The notes under the pieces are model-generated. The model did not search any database. It was not told the origin of the DNA and was given only the letters and a program-made list of their open reading frames with translations. Shown here piece by piece: positions 37,696 through 45,583 of a stretch of DNA of 64,000 bases; positions within the stretch are counted from its first letter, which is position 1, and each line of letters begins with the position of its first letter. The stretch covers positions 96,001-160,000 of IMG/VR virus record IMGVR_UViG_3300044960_000113; one strand, given 5' to 3'. The position numbers were made by a program, and so were the translations under genes. Origin of the DNA: a virus.

Positions 37696-38583
37696 TTATG
37701 TCCATAAATATCGACGTATTTTAATTAAACGTTCTAACATTTCATCATCTTCTTTAATATAAGATTCTTCTATTTCAATCATTTTATCTTGACATTTTTT
37801 CCATTCTTCATCTATTTTTTCATCATTATCTTCTATCATATCAATGATACTATTTTTTCCATTTTTGTATTTTGAATTATAATACTCAGTATATCCAGAT
37901 TCATCCATTGGATCTTTTCTCATTGGTCGAATAAATTTCCACCAAACATAAAGATCAAGAATTTCTAATGCAGCTTCAGCCTGATGTGTTGGTTTCATAT
38001 ATTCAGGATTATTTTTTCTTTTTTCATCTACTACATCTTTTCCTTCTTTTTCTTCCAACCAAGTATAACCAAACCAATTATCATCTTTTAATAATTTTGT
38101 TTCCCATAAAAGATAATCGACGCCTAATTGTTGACTTCTAATAGGAATAAATTTATGTATAAAATATGGTAAATATTTGACATACCATGGTTTTTTAGAA
38201 TTATCACACCACATATTTAAACTAGCTTTTTCAATTTCAACAAAATCTACTAAAAGTTCAAACATTCCATGTAACATTTTTTCTTCTGTTTCATGCCATG
38301 AACCTTTTGATAAACGAGTATTAATTATATGAGATGGTGAAATAAAACGTAAGTTAAACCAATATGCAAAATTATCTAATTTATCTTTTGGCCAATAGAC
38401 TATATCTTGAAGTAAATCTAAACCATCTTCAGATAACCAATATAAAAATTTATTTTTTTCTTTAGCTTTTTTATGATATTCTTTCCAACCTTTTGCGTCT
38501 GCTGCTAAAGGTTTAGGATCAATACCTCCCAATTTTTTTAACCAATTAGAAAATTTAGAACAACTCCAATATGAAACTCTCAT
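37696..38583 (-). CDS. Conserved hypothetical phage protein (Trp-rich)
   Basis: Long ORF, YWSCSKF..LIKIRRYLWT. Confidence 0.65.
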   Translation of the reverse strand: MRVSYWSCSKFSNWLKKLGGIDPKPLAADAKGWKEYHKKAKEKNKFLYWLSEDGLDLLQDIVYWPKDKLDNFAYWFNLRFISPSHIINTRLSKGSWHETEEKMLHGMFELLVDFVEIEKASLNMWCDNSKKPWYVKYLPYFIHKFIPIRSQQLGVDYLLWETKLLKDDNWFGYTWLEEKEGKDVVDEKRKNNPEYMKPTHQAEAALEILDLYVWWKFIRPMRKDPMDESGYTEYYNSKYKNGKNSIIDMIEDNDEKIDEEWKKCQDKMIEIEESYIKEDDEMLERLIKIRRYLWT

Positions 38584-38652
38584 AATTTTGTCTCCTATTA
38601 TAATAGGTAATAAATATATACTTTGAATAATTAAAATTATATAATTATCGTT

Positions 38653-38940
38653 TTATTCATGTAATTGAATATTTTTTCCTGATTTTAAAATATTAAAATT
38701 ATCAATTATTACACCAAATACATATGCCATAGTAACAGTTAATGAAATACTAAAAGCCCATGTTAATGCAGATGTATGTAATGAATTTGTTGGTTCTCCA
38801 TTTATTATTAACCATGTTATAAGTGACCAACAATATAAAAGTGTAACAACAATAATATTTTTTCTAATTGTTTTTGTTGGTAGTTGATTTTGATTTTGTA
38901 TTTGTTCTGACATTTTAATTCCTTCTCCTAAATAATTCAC
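38653..38940 (-). CDS. Small two-TM membrane protein
   Basis: Two hydrophobic helices. Confidence 0.6.
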   Translation of the reverse strand: MNYLGEGIKMSEQIQNQNQLPTKTIRKNIIVVTLLYCWSLITWLIINGEPTNSLHTSALTWAFSISLTVTMAYVFGVIIDNFNILKSGKNIQLHE

Positions 38941-38959
38941 ATAATTTTACTTTCGGGGG

Positions 38960-39044
38960 CGGAAGGTGTGGGACTCGAACCCACGAGACCATTGCTGGTC
39001 CACTGCTTTCCAGGCAGTTCTCATAGCCGCTAGAGGAACCTTCC
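38960..39044 (-). tRNA. tRNA-Ser(GGA), 3' end GCCC
   Basis: ACTGC CTGGAAA GCAGT, V-arm; near-identical to 40032-40119. Confidence 0.88.
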
Positions 39045-39366
39045 ATTTTACAAAATAAAGGAGATGTCTAACCTCTCAAACCAACCCAGTATTAATATTA
39101 TATATCATTCTATAGCATTATTTATATACTAAATTTAAAAAATAAAAAGCGAACTACAAGTTCGCTTTTTATCTCAACCATACTTTTTATCGTATAGTTT
39201 TAACGCATTTATTCTAGCTAAAAACAATCTTATCTTAATAATATCATCTAATTCTTCTCTATGTTTAACTAATCGTATAGATTTAGATTGTAACAAAACA
39301 TCAAAATCTATATCTATATCATTTAATTCTTGATTGTTTGTACCAGTTAATAAAAAAATAATTCTA

Positions 39367-39621
39367 TTATTTAGCTGGCTTAGCTTCGACTTTTGCTTTA
39401 CTTTTAGTGTTAGTTTTTTTACTAGCAGATTTTTTAACAGCTTTCTTTACTGGCTCAGCTTTTGCTGGTGTAGGTGCGACAGCTGTAGAAGCAGCAGGAA
39501 CAGCAGGAGCAGTCTTAGGTGCATCAGCTGCTAAAACTGAAGAAATACCAAATGTGATGACTAAAGCTGAAACTAGAAGTGAATTTTTCATATTAGATCT
39601 CCTTATATTAATTAGATACAA
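39367..39621 (-). CDS. Secreted Ala/Pro/Lys-rich low-complexity protein
   Basis: Signal peptide (MKNSLL..VLA) and PAK-rich tail. Confidence 0.7.
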   Translation of the reverse strand: MYLINIRRSNMKNSLLVSALVITFGISSVLAADAPKTAPAVPAASTAVAPTPAKAEPVKKAVKKSASKKTNTKSKAKVEAKPAK

Positions 39622-39691
39622 ACGGAATTATCTGTATCTATATAATTAATACTCCTAGGAGAGAAAAGTTACATATATTTAGGAAATATTT

Positions 39692-39776
39692 TGGTGCGTA
39701 GGGAGGGAGTCGAACCCTCAATCCTTTCGGCGCTGGCTTCTAAGACCAGAGTGTATTCCAGTTCCACCACCTACGC
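39692..39776 (-). tRNA. tRNA-Leu(TAG)
   Basis: CTGGT CTTAGAA GCCAG, V-arm. Confidence 0.95.
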
Positions 39777-39781
39777 ATTAA

Positions 39782-39864
39782 TGGTGCCCTCAACAGGATT
39801 CGAACCTGTAAAAGCTCTGGGTTTGAGCCAGTCGTCTGTGCCAATTTAACTAAGCCATGAGGGC
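39782..39864 (-). tRNA. tRNA-Leu(CAA) with short variable loop and enlarged D region
   Basis: CTGG CTCAAAC CCAG, variable region only ~6 nt. Confidence 0.8.
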
Positions 39865-39874
39865 AATTTTTGTT

Positions 39875-39948
39875 TGGAAACGAGGGCGGGAATCGAACCC
39901 ACCTCTTGGGTTTTGCAGACCCAGGCACAACCACTATACCACCTCGTC
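39875..39948 (-). tRNA. tRNA-Cys(GCA)
   Basis: TGGGT CTGCAAA ACCCA, U73. Confidence 0.92.
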
Positions 39949-39953
39949 AATTT

Positions 39954-40029
39954 TGGTGCTCCAGGAAAGAATCGAACTTTCTTTTCATCTTTACCAAAGA
40001 TGTGTATTACACCAATATACTACAGGAGC
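39954..40029 (-). tRNA. tRNA-Thr(GGT)
   Basis: CATCT TTGGTAA AGATG. Confidence 0.92.
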
Positions 40030-40031
40030 AA

Positions 40032-40119
40032 TGGCGGAAGGTGTGGGACTCGAACCCACGAGACCATTGCTGGTCTACTGCTTTCGAGGCAGTTCTCATA
40101 GCCGCTAGAGGAACCTTCC
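40032..40119 (-). tRNA. tRNA-Ser(CGA)
   Basis: ACTGC CTCGAAA GCAGT, V-arm, GCCA. Confidence 0.92.
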
Positions 40120-40182
40120 ATATTTTTATTATTAATTCTTACTCTATCTTCTTATGGCCCAGAATATAATGTTAAATTTTTT

Positions 40183-40278
40183 TGGCGGAGATGGTAGGAT
40201 TCGAACCTACGTGTCCTTTTTTTGGAGGACCCATTGTTTTCAAGACAAGTACCTTAAGCCAGACTCAGTCACATCTCC
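40183..40278 (-). tRNA. tRNA-Ser(TGA)
   Basis: Loop CTTGAAA, long V-arm, GCCA. Confidence 0.92.
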
Positions 40279-40283
40279 ATTTT

Positions 40284-40385
40284 GTTCTTGCCGGATACTC
40301 ATCCGAGTAGGAGCAATGGTCCGGCGCCAAAGGCAAGATTTACTACGTGCTTGCACACTCCACCTAGCATTTCGGCTAGGCAACT
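40284..40385 (-). ncRNA. Candidate structured ncRNA between tRNA-Ser genes
   Basis: CCTAGC/GCTAGG, TCTTGCC/GGCAAGA, CCGGA/TCCGG, TACTC/GAGTA stems. Confidence 0.5.
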
Positions 40386-40397
40386 TCTTTTACATAA

Positions 40398-40485
40398 TGG
40401 CGGAAGTTAGAGGATTCGAACCTCTGTGACCTTTCGGTCGATCTGTTTAGCAAACAGTCCCAATAGGCCTCTCTGGCAAACTTCC
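40398..40485 (-). tRNA. tRNA-Ser(GCT)
   Basis: Loop TTGCTAA, V-arm. Confidence 0.93.
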
Positions 40486-40512
40486 AAAATTTTAATATAA
40501 TATCTTTTTTAA

Positions 40513-40590
40513 TGGTCGGTGTGGCAGGATTCGAACCTGCGGTTTCCTGCTCCCAAAGCAGGCGACTTAACCGAGCTAGCCTACACACCG
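40513..40590 (-). tRNA. tRNA-Pro(TGG)
   Basis: CCTGC TTTGGGA GCAGG. Confidence 0.95.
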
Positions 40591-40612
40591 AAAAAATTTA
40601 AAAATTTTAATT

Positions 40613-41290
40613 TTAAACTAAATTATTTTTAATATCTTCTAATGATCTAATTAGATTCTTAACATAGACACCTAAAGAATCCATTGACATATATAAATCA
40701 TTAACAAGTTTTTTAGATTCTGGTGTTATTGTTTTATCTTTTTTCATTTTATCTACACGATATGATAAAACCATATTTGATGTATCTGGACTTTCAGAAT
40801 CTAATTTTGATTTAACAATGTCATATTTTTTTCGTATTTCATCTATTTGATTTAAAAATCCTTCATCGTATTTTTTATATTTCTTATACCAATAAGTTAT
40901 TAATCCATGAGGATCATGATTTTCAGCTGATTCTAAAATACGATTTAATATATCAATAGTATTGTCAATTCTAAAATCTTTTCTATCTACTTTTGGAAGA
41001 TATTTAGAAAGCATTTCTTTAATAAAATCTTCAAGATGTTTTTCTAATTCTGTTTCTAATTCGTTTTTATTTGAATATTTGCTAAATCCTTTATTTTTTA
41101 AATATCCAGGTATCACTCCATCATTATAATATTTGTAGTACTGATAAAAAACTCTATCTTTTCTTTCTTTATCTGTTTTTGATAAAATATTTTTATCATA
41201 CATCCATGCCATTAATTTATCAATTTTTGATAATTTATTATTCCATGCTCTACCTGGTTTTGAAGCTTCAAATAATTCAGATACTTTCAT
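40613..41290 (-). CDS. Hypothetical protein with MKVSELFE leader
   Basis: TATAAATA at 41327-41334, GGAG RBS. Confidence 0.65.
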   Translation of the reverse strand: MKVSELFEASKPGRAWNNKLSKIDKLMAWMYDKNILSKTDKERKDRVFYQYYKYYNDGVIPGYLKNKGFSKYSNKNELETELEKHLEDFIKEMLSKYLPKVDRKDFRIDNTIDILNRILESAENHDPHGLITYWYKKYKKYDEGFLNQIDEIRKKYDIVKSKLDSESPDTSNMVLSYRVDKMKKDKTITPESKKLVNDLYMSMDSLGVYVKNLIRSLEDIKNNLV

Positions 41291-41360
41291 TCTATATCTC
41301 CATTACTAGAACAATTAATATGTTAATATTTATAAGTATTTATAGAATTATAACATATTT

Positions 41361-41448
41361 TGGTGCAGCAGGTAGGATTTGCACCTACTCAGCACTAAGG
41401 CGCCGAATTTACAGTCCGGTGAGGCTCTCTAAACTCCCCCGCTGCTGC
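41361..41448 (-). tRNA. tRNA-Tyr(GTA), T-loop TGCAAAT
   Basis: CCGGA CTGTAAA TTCGG, V-arm. Confidence 0.88.
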
Positions 41449-41454
41449 ATTAAC

Positions 41455-41529
41455 TGGTAACCAAGAAGAATTTCGAAATCTCGACCTTTTGCATGTCATG
41501 CAAACGCTCTTCCTCTGAGCTACTTGGTT
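41455..41529 (-). tRNA. tRNA-Val(GAC)
   Basis: TTTGC ATGACAT GCAAA. Confidence 0.85.
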
Positions 41530-41549
41530 ATTTTTTACATATAATATTT

Positions 41550-41633
41550 TGGTGGGGTATCTAGGTAACGATCCTAGCTGGCCGAAGCATAAGTTTTACA
41601 GACTCCAGTGTCTCCTTAACACTCTAATACCCC
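41550..41633 (-). tRNA. tRNA-Tyr(GTA), T-loop ATCGTTA
   Basis: Loop CTGTAAA, V-arm, CCA. Confidence 0.85.
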
Positions 41634-41644
41634 ATATAATCATT

Positions 41645-41719
41645 TGGTGCCTCGTGAAGGTTACGCTCCTTCTACCCTTCGCTTGTAAGGCGAATGCTCT
41701 ACTATTGAGCTAACGAGGC
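41645..41719 (-). tRNA. tRNA-Val(TAC), T-loop AGCGTAA
   Basis: TTCGC CTTACAA GCGAA. Confidence 0.88.
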
Positions 41720-41732
41720 ATTTAAAAGAGTA

Positions 41733-41840
41733 TTAATCGACACATGGGTTTAAGGACTTCATAGATATGTCCTCTCAATTTGATTATACAAGTTGTCCAT
41801 ACTTGTAAATTGAGATTACGTTAACGCTTTGGTCGATCAA
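41733..41840 (-). ncRNA. Candidate multi-branched ncRNA in tRNA array
   Basis: TTGATCGAC/GTCGATTAA closing stem; CTCAATTT-ACAAGT/ACTTGT-AAATTGAG arm; AGGAC/GTCCT arm. Confidence 0.5.
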
Positions 41841-41874
41841 GCAGGCGGACACACCAATTTGTTCCCTAATACTC

Positions 41875-41953
41875 TGGTGCAAGGTCCAGGAATCGAACCT
41901 GGTTTTACTGCTCTTCAGGCAGTCGCTGAAATCACCAGACTAGCTCACCTTGC
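41875..41953 (-). tRNA. tRNA-Phe(GAA)
   Basis: ACTGC CTGAAGA GCAGT. Confidence 0.9.
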
Positions 41954-42074
41954 ATATTTCAACTACCTCGTATCAATTGCACAGCACTATTATTACATTA
42001 TTATTGTCTACCAGTGGCCACAGATTAGTGTAATCATTCCCTAGTTCGTCAACTAGGCGAGATTATTTAATAAT

Positions 42075-42154
42075 TGGTGGACCTCCAGGGATTTGAACCC
42101 TGCTGAATATCCGCATTGCAAGTGCGGCGAACACCCCAAGCATTCCCGAAGCCC
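42075..42154 (-). tRNA. tRNA-Ala(TGC), second copy
   Basis: G3-U70, CCGCA CTTGCAA TGCGG. Confidence 0.88.
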
Positions 42155-42164
42155 ATTATGTTTT

Positions 42165-42238
42165 TGGCGGGCTGCCAAGGAATCGAACCCTGATCTGATG
42201 TTTTGGAGACATCCATTCTACCACTGAACTAGCAACCC
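42165..42238 (-). tRNA. tRNA-Trp(CCA)
   Basis: GATGT CTCCAAA ACATC, G73. Confidence 0.93.
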
Positions 42239-42245
42239 GTTTTTA

Positions 42246-42355
42246 TGTGTTGACTGTCTCAACACTGACGAATTTTACTCCCTTTCGGTTTCATCCTCGC
42301 CGCCGCCCGTTTAGTTCTTTTTTAACGTGCTGAACAACACCCTCGTTGCGTATAT
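42246..42355 (-). ncRNA. Candidate structured ncRNA
   Basis: GGCGAG/TTCGTC stem enclosing GATGAA-CC-GAAA-GG-GAGTA; terminal GTGTTG/CAACAC hairpin. Confidence 0.45.
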
Positions 42356-42372
42356 ATGCACGTATTACTTAT

Positions 42373-42447
42373 TGGTCGTCACTATAGGTACTGCCCCTAT
42401 CTAGTCTTCGTTATGAGCGAAGTGCATAACTTCTCTGCCAAGTGACG
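42373..42447 (-). tRNA. tRNA-Met(CAT), T-loop GGCAGTA
   Basis: CTTCG CTCATAA CGAAG, CGTCACT/AGTGACG. Confidence 0.85.
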
Positions 42448-42564
42448 TTAATCTATAACTACTCTTTTAGTTCTTTTAAAAGAACCTTTTCCTTTTTTAG
42501 ATTTAAAAACACGCATTTTATATTTTGGTGTTCTTAAATCTTTTGATACTATACTTTTCTTCAT
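42448..42564 (-). CDS. arfA: ArfA-like alternative ribosome-rescue factor (38 aa)
   Basis: Not in ORF track. AAGGAG RBS; MKKSIVSKDLRTPKYKMRVFKSKKGKGSFKRTKRVVID carries the ArfA L..P....RV.K.KKGKGS..R motif. Confidence 0.8.
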   Translation of the reverse strand: MKKSIVSKDLRTPKYKMRVFKSKKGKGSFKRTKRVVID

Positions 42565-42585
42565 TTTTAATATCTCCTTAAAATC

Positions 42586-42616
42586 AAACCGGGCTCCTTT
42601 TTATGGAGCCCGGTTT
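42586..42616 (-). terminator. Strong hairpin between leader peptide and arfA
   Basis: AAACCGGGCTCC/GGAGCCCGGTTT 12-bp stem. Confidence 0.75.
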
Positions 42617-42643
42617 TTAAATTTCATGAGATATTTATCTCTT

Positions 42644-42739
42644 TTAACCGAGCTCCTTTAGTCGCATAGGCGCATATGAACTAAAGCTCACTAGAAGCAT
42701 TGTACATAATGATGGTAACCAATAAGTTGCTTGTTTCAT
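42644..42739 (-). CDS. Putative 31-aa leader peptide MKQATYWLPSLCTMLLVSFSSYAPMRLKELG
   Basis: AAGGA RBS, manual translation, upstream tandem promoters, downstream hairpin. Confidence 0.55.
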   Translation of the reverse strand: MKQATYWLPSLCTMLLVSFSSYAPMRLKELG

Positions 42740-42779
42740 TTACTTTAAAATTCCTTTTAATTAAATTGTATCTATGTTA

Positions 42780-42907
42780 TATTTATAATAATATCACGTT
42801 TTTTCAAAAAAGTAAACTATTTTTTCCTAAATTTTTTAAAAAATTAAGCTGTATTTACATCATATTTATAATAATATCATGTTTTTCAAAAAAGTAAACT
42901 ATTTTTT
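42780..42907 (-). repeat. ~46-bp direct repeat carrying tandem promoters
   Basis: 42780-42825 and 42863-42907: TTTACT-17-TATTAT overlapping TATAAATA. Confidence 0.75.
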
Positions 42908-42952
42908 AAATCGCCTATTCAAAAATAATTAATAATTTCTCTTTAATTAATG

Positions 42953-43592
42953 TTATTTCCAAATAAATTCTCCACCAATATTAATAAATGAATGATCTGA
43001 TTCTGATTTAAATTTGATATTTTTACAATAAAAACTACCACCTACTTCTCTTGGTGCACCTTGTAATGATGTTAATTGATTATCTGAACAATCAAAATTA
43101 CCACCAACTTTTTTTGGTCCACCTTGTAATAATTTTATAACCACCAATTTCTCTTGGTCCACCTTGTAATGATTTTAATTGATTATTATGACAATCAAAA
43201 TAACCACCAATTTCTCTTGGTCCACCTTGTAATGATTTTAATTGATTATTATGACAATCAAAACTACCACCAACTTCTCTTGGTCCACCTTGTAATGATG
43301 TTAATTTATTACCATAACAATCAAAACTACCACCTACTTCTCTTGGAGCACCTTTTAATGATGTTAATTTATTACGTTGACAATAAAAATTACCATCTAC
43401 TTCACCAAATTGGACTGGTATATGTGTTAAATTTCTATTAGAAATATTAACATCTCCATTAACATCAACTATACCATTATCATGAATTATATAATTTTTA
43501 ATGTTCATCTTTTTTAACCAATCCTTTATTTCTTGTTTATTGGTTAATACTTTATGTTCTTCTTCTTTTAAAAATAGTTCTTGTAATTTCAT
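42953..43592 (-). pseudogene. 22-aa leucine-rich-repeat protein with MKLQEL leader, frameshifted within a repeat
   Basis: LTSLQGGPREVGGSFDCxxNQ units (66 bp) continue across ORFs 43098-43592 and 42953-43162; truncated unit near 43130. Confidence 0.8.
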
Positions 43593-43645
43593 TTCCAGAT
43601 AAAATTAGATTAATAATTTTTGTTCAAATAATTCGAGTAATTTCA

Positions 43646-44059
43646 TTATTCTAAAATCTTATCTAATCTATCAAAAAAGTTTTCAGTTTTAGAATGTAAA
43701 TTATTTGGTAAATCTATTAATTTAAAACTTTTAACTTTACTAGTTTCTTTTGATGTTTTAACATTTTGTGGATCATTTATCTTTGCAGCATAATATATAG
43801 AATTATCAATAATAGCTATTTCTTTAAGATTTGATGGTGATATTACATAACCTGTTTCTTCTTTTAATTCTCTAATAGCAGCATCAATAGGTGATTCACC
43901 ATCATCAACACTACCACCAAAAAAATTCCATTGATTTGGATTATTAACAGATGGAGATCTTTTACCTAATATAATTTTATCTTTAGTGTAAAGAATTACC
44001 CAAACCGATTTAATATTTTTTTTCTCTAAAATAAATTGTTTAAATGTTTTTTTAAACAT
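43646..44059 (-). CDS. Nudix hydrolase with MFKKTFKQFILE leader
   Basis: Nudix box GGSVDDGESPIDAAIRELKEETG. Confidence 0.9.
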   Translation of the reverse strand: MFKKTFKQFILEKKNIKSVWVILYTKDKIILGKRSPSVNNPNQWNFFGGSVDDGESPIDAAIRELKEETGYVISPSNLKEIAIIDNSIYYAAKINDPQNVKTSKETSKVKSFKLIDLPNNLHSKTENFFDRLDKILE

Positions 44060-44060
44060 G

Positions 44061-44552
44061 TTACTTATTTAATTTTTTTTCAAATTTATTAATTACTTCT
44101 TTAAGAGCATTTTCCCACAATGACACCATTGTTTTTAATGGATTTCCTGCAACAATTTTTGGTTTTGGTGATTTAAGTCTATATGGTACTATTTTACCAG
44201 TAAAATAATTTGGGTTTGACTGTTGTCTAATTTGACCATTTCCATAAATTTTATAAACATAGTTATCATTAGTATCTTTACCATTAGAATATTTAATATT
44301 CTGTTTAAATGATAAAGTACCATTTTGCAATTCCCTATCAGTTGAATTAAATTCTAATCCTAACTCTAATGCATCTTTCCAAGTTTGCGTTTTCTTTAAT
44401 TTATCAAGAGCTTCATTAAAAAATGATAAATCGCCCTGTTCGATACCAAGTCTATTTAACCAGTCAGTAACAGCACCACGTACAATTCCTAATTCTTTTT
44501 TATAACTTGGTAAATAATAACTTTTAGATTCAAATATTTCAGATACTTTCAT
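44061..44552 (-). CDS. Hypothetical protein with MKVSEIFE leader
   Basis: ORF, GGAGG RBS. Confidence 0.6.
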   Translation of the reverse strand: MKVSEIFESKSYYLPSYKKELGIVRGAVTDWLNRLGIEQGDLSFFNEALDKLKKTQTWKDALELGLEFNSTDRELQNGTLSFKQNIKYSNGKDTNDNYVYKIYGNGQIRQQSNPNYFTGKIVPYRLKSPKPKIVAGNPLKTMVSLWENALKEVINKFEKKLNK

Positions 44553-44571
44553 TTTTATTACCCTCCAATGT

Positions 44572-44988
44572 TTATTTTTCTTTTTTATACCCAGAACTAC
44601 TTAACCAATTCTCAACTTCATCTAAACTCATATCGTTGAATGTTTTAATTGTTTCAAATTTACCACTTTTTGGAGATTGAAATGAACGTCTTAAGGTATA
44701 ATAATAAGGTCCATCTTGCCATAAAATAAATTTATCTATACCTTTTGAATATTTGCTTATCCAATGATTAAGTTTTTCGAATATTTTCATTCCAGGTCTA
44801 ATATGAACAATTTTAAGATCAATTGGTGACTTACCATATTTTTTCTTTTCTTTTTGTAATGCTACATTTGCTTCATATTTAGAATTAAATTTTCCTTTAT
44901 AACCAATCTTTTTAAAAGAACTATCTGGCATTATTGTATATTGTATTGTTAATTGTTCATTTAAATTTAAAAGTTCACTTACCTTCAT
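44572..44988 (-). CDS. Hypothetical protein with MKVSELL leader
   Basis: TATAAATA at 45028-45035. Confidence 0.6.
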   Translation of the reverse strand: MKVSELLNLNEQLTIQYTIMPDSSFKKIGYKGKFNSKYEANVALQKEKKKYGKSPIDLKIVHIRPGMKIFEKLNHWISKYSKGIDKFILWQDGPYYYTLRRSFQSPKSGKFETIKTFNDMSLDEVENWLSSSGYKKEK

Positions 44989-45084
44989 AATGGAATTCCT
45001 TATATTTTACATAATAATTAATTAATATATTTATAATATATTTTTAATTTTTTTAAACAAAATTAAATAAAATTGAAATAAAGA

Positions 45085-45163
45085 TGGTCCGGAAGATAGG
45101 ATTTGAACCTACATGATTCCATTACTCTTTCTACAGTTTCGAAGACTGAGGAGATACTTCCGG
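45085..45163 (-). tRNA. D-armless tRNA-Arg(TCG) with expanded variable region
   Basis: CCGGAAG/CTTCCGG; 7-nt connector TATCTCC; CAGT CTTCGAA ACTG; 20-nt variable region; T-arm; CCA. Confidence 0.75.
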
Positions 45164-45166
45164 AAT

Positions 45167-45246
45167 TGGCCTCGATGACAGGATTCGAACCTGCATGTTT
45201 CCAATTAACCTTTCAACTGGTTCGTAGCCAGAGGGTATACATCGAG
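45167..45246 (-). tRNA. D-armless tRNA-Arg(ACG) with expanded variable region
   Basis: CTCGATG/CATCGAG; connector TATACCC; CTGG CTACGAA CCAG; 21-nt variable region; CCA. Confidence 0.75.
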
Positions 45247-45247
45247 A

Positions 45248-45323
45248 TGGCACCACCAAAGGGTCATGCTCCCATCCTTATAGATTGACAGTCTATTATG
45301 CTCATTATTAACACTATGGTGGT
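45248..45323 (-). tRNA. tRNA-Asp(GTC), T-loop AGCATGA
   Basis: ATAGA CTGTCAA TCTAT, G73. Confidence 0.8.
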
Positions 45324-45328
45324 TCAGA

Positions 45329-45403
45329 TGGCGGTCTATCCGGGACTCGAACCCGGTTCAATGGCGTGACAAGCCACCATAATAACCCATATACGAATAG
45401 ACC
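45329..45403 (-). tRNA. tRNA-Asp(GTC)
   Basis: GTGGC TTGTCAC GCCAT, G73. Confidence 0.92.
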
Positions 45404-45415
45404 TAATAAAAAATT

Positions 45416-45492
45416 TGGTGCGGGTACCCAGATTCGAACTGGGACTTAAACGTTGGCAACGTTTCGTGCTAACCATTAAACACTATACACGC
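45416..45492 (-). tRNA. tRNA-Gly(GCC) with A73
   Basis: AAACG TTGCCAA CGTTT; T4.C69 mismatch. Confidence 0.85.
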
Positions 45493-45501
45493 ATAACATA
45501 T

Positions 45502-45576
45502 TGGTAGACCGTAGGAGATTCGAACTCCTCTTCCCAGATTGAAGGTCTGGTCGCCTGCGCCAGCTGCTCACGGTCC
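45502..45576 (-). tRNA. tRNA-Glu(TTC)
   Basis: CCAGA CCTTCAA TCTGG (C33). Confidence 0.85.
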
Positions 45577-45583
45577 ATATTTT

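Noticed and set aside
40284-42355. Hammerhead ribozyme reading of the orphan RNAs at 40284 and 42246
   Set aside because: No CUGAUGA core in the required order with GAAA and a cleavage triplet
43040-43400. Regular 66-bp repeats as a possible CRISPR array
   Set aside because: Contiguous in-frame coding repeats without unique spacers; no cas genes or other array seen in the window
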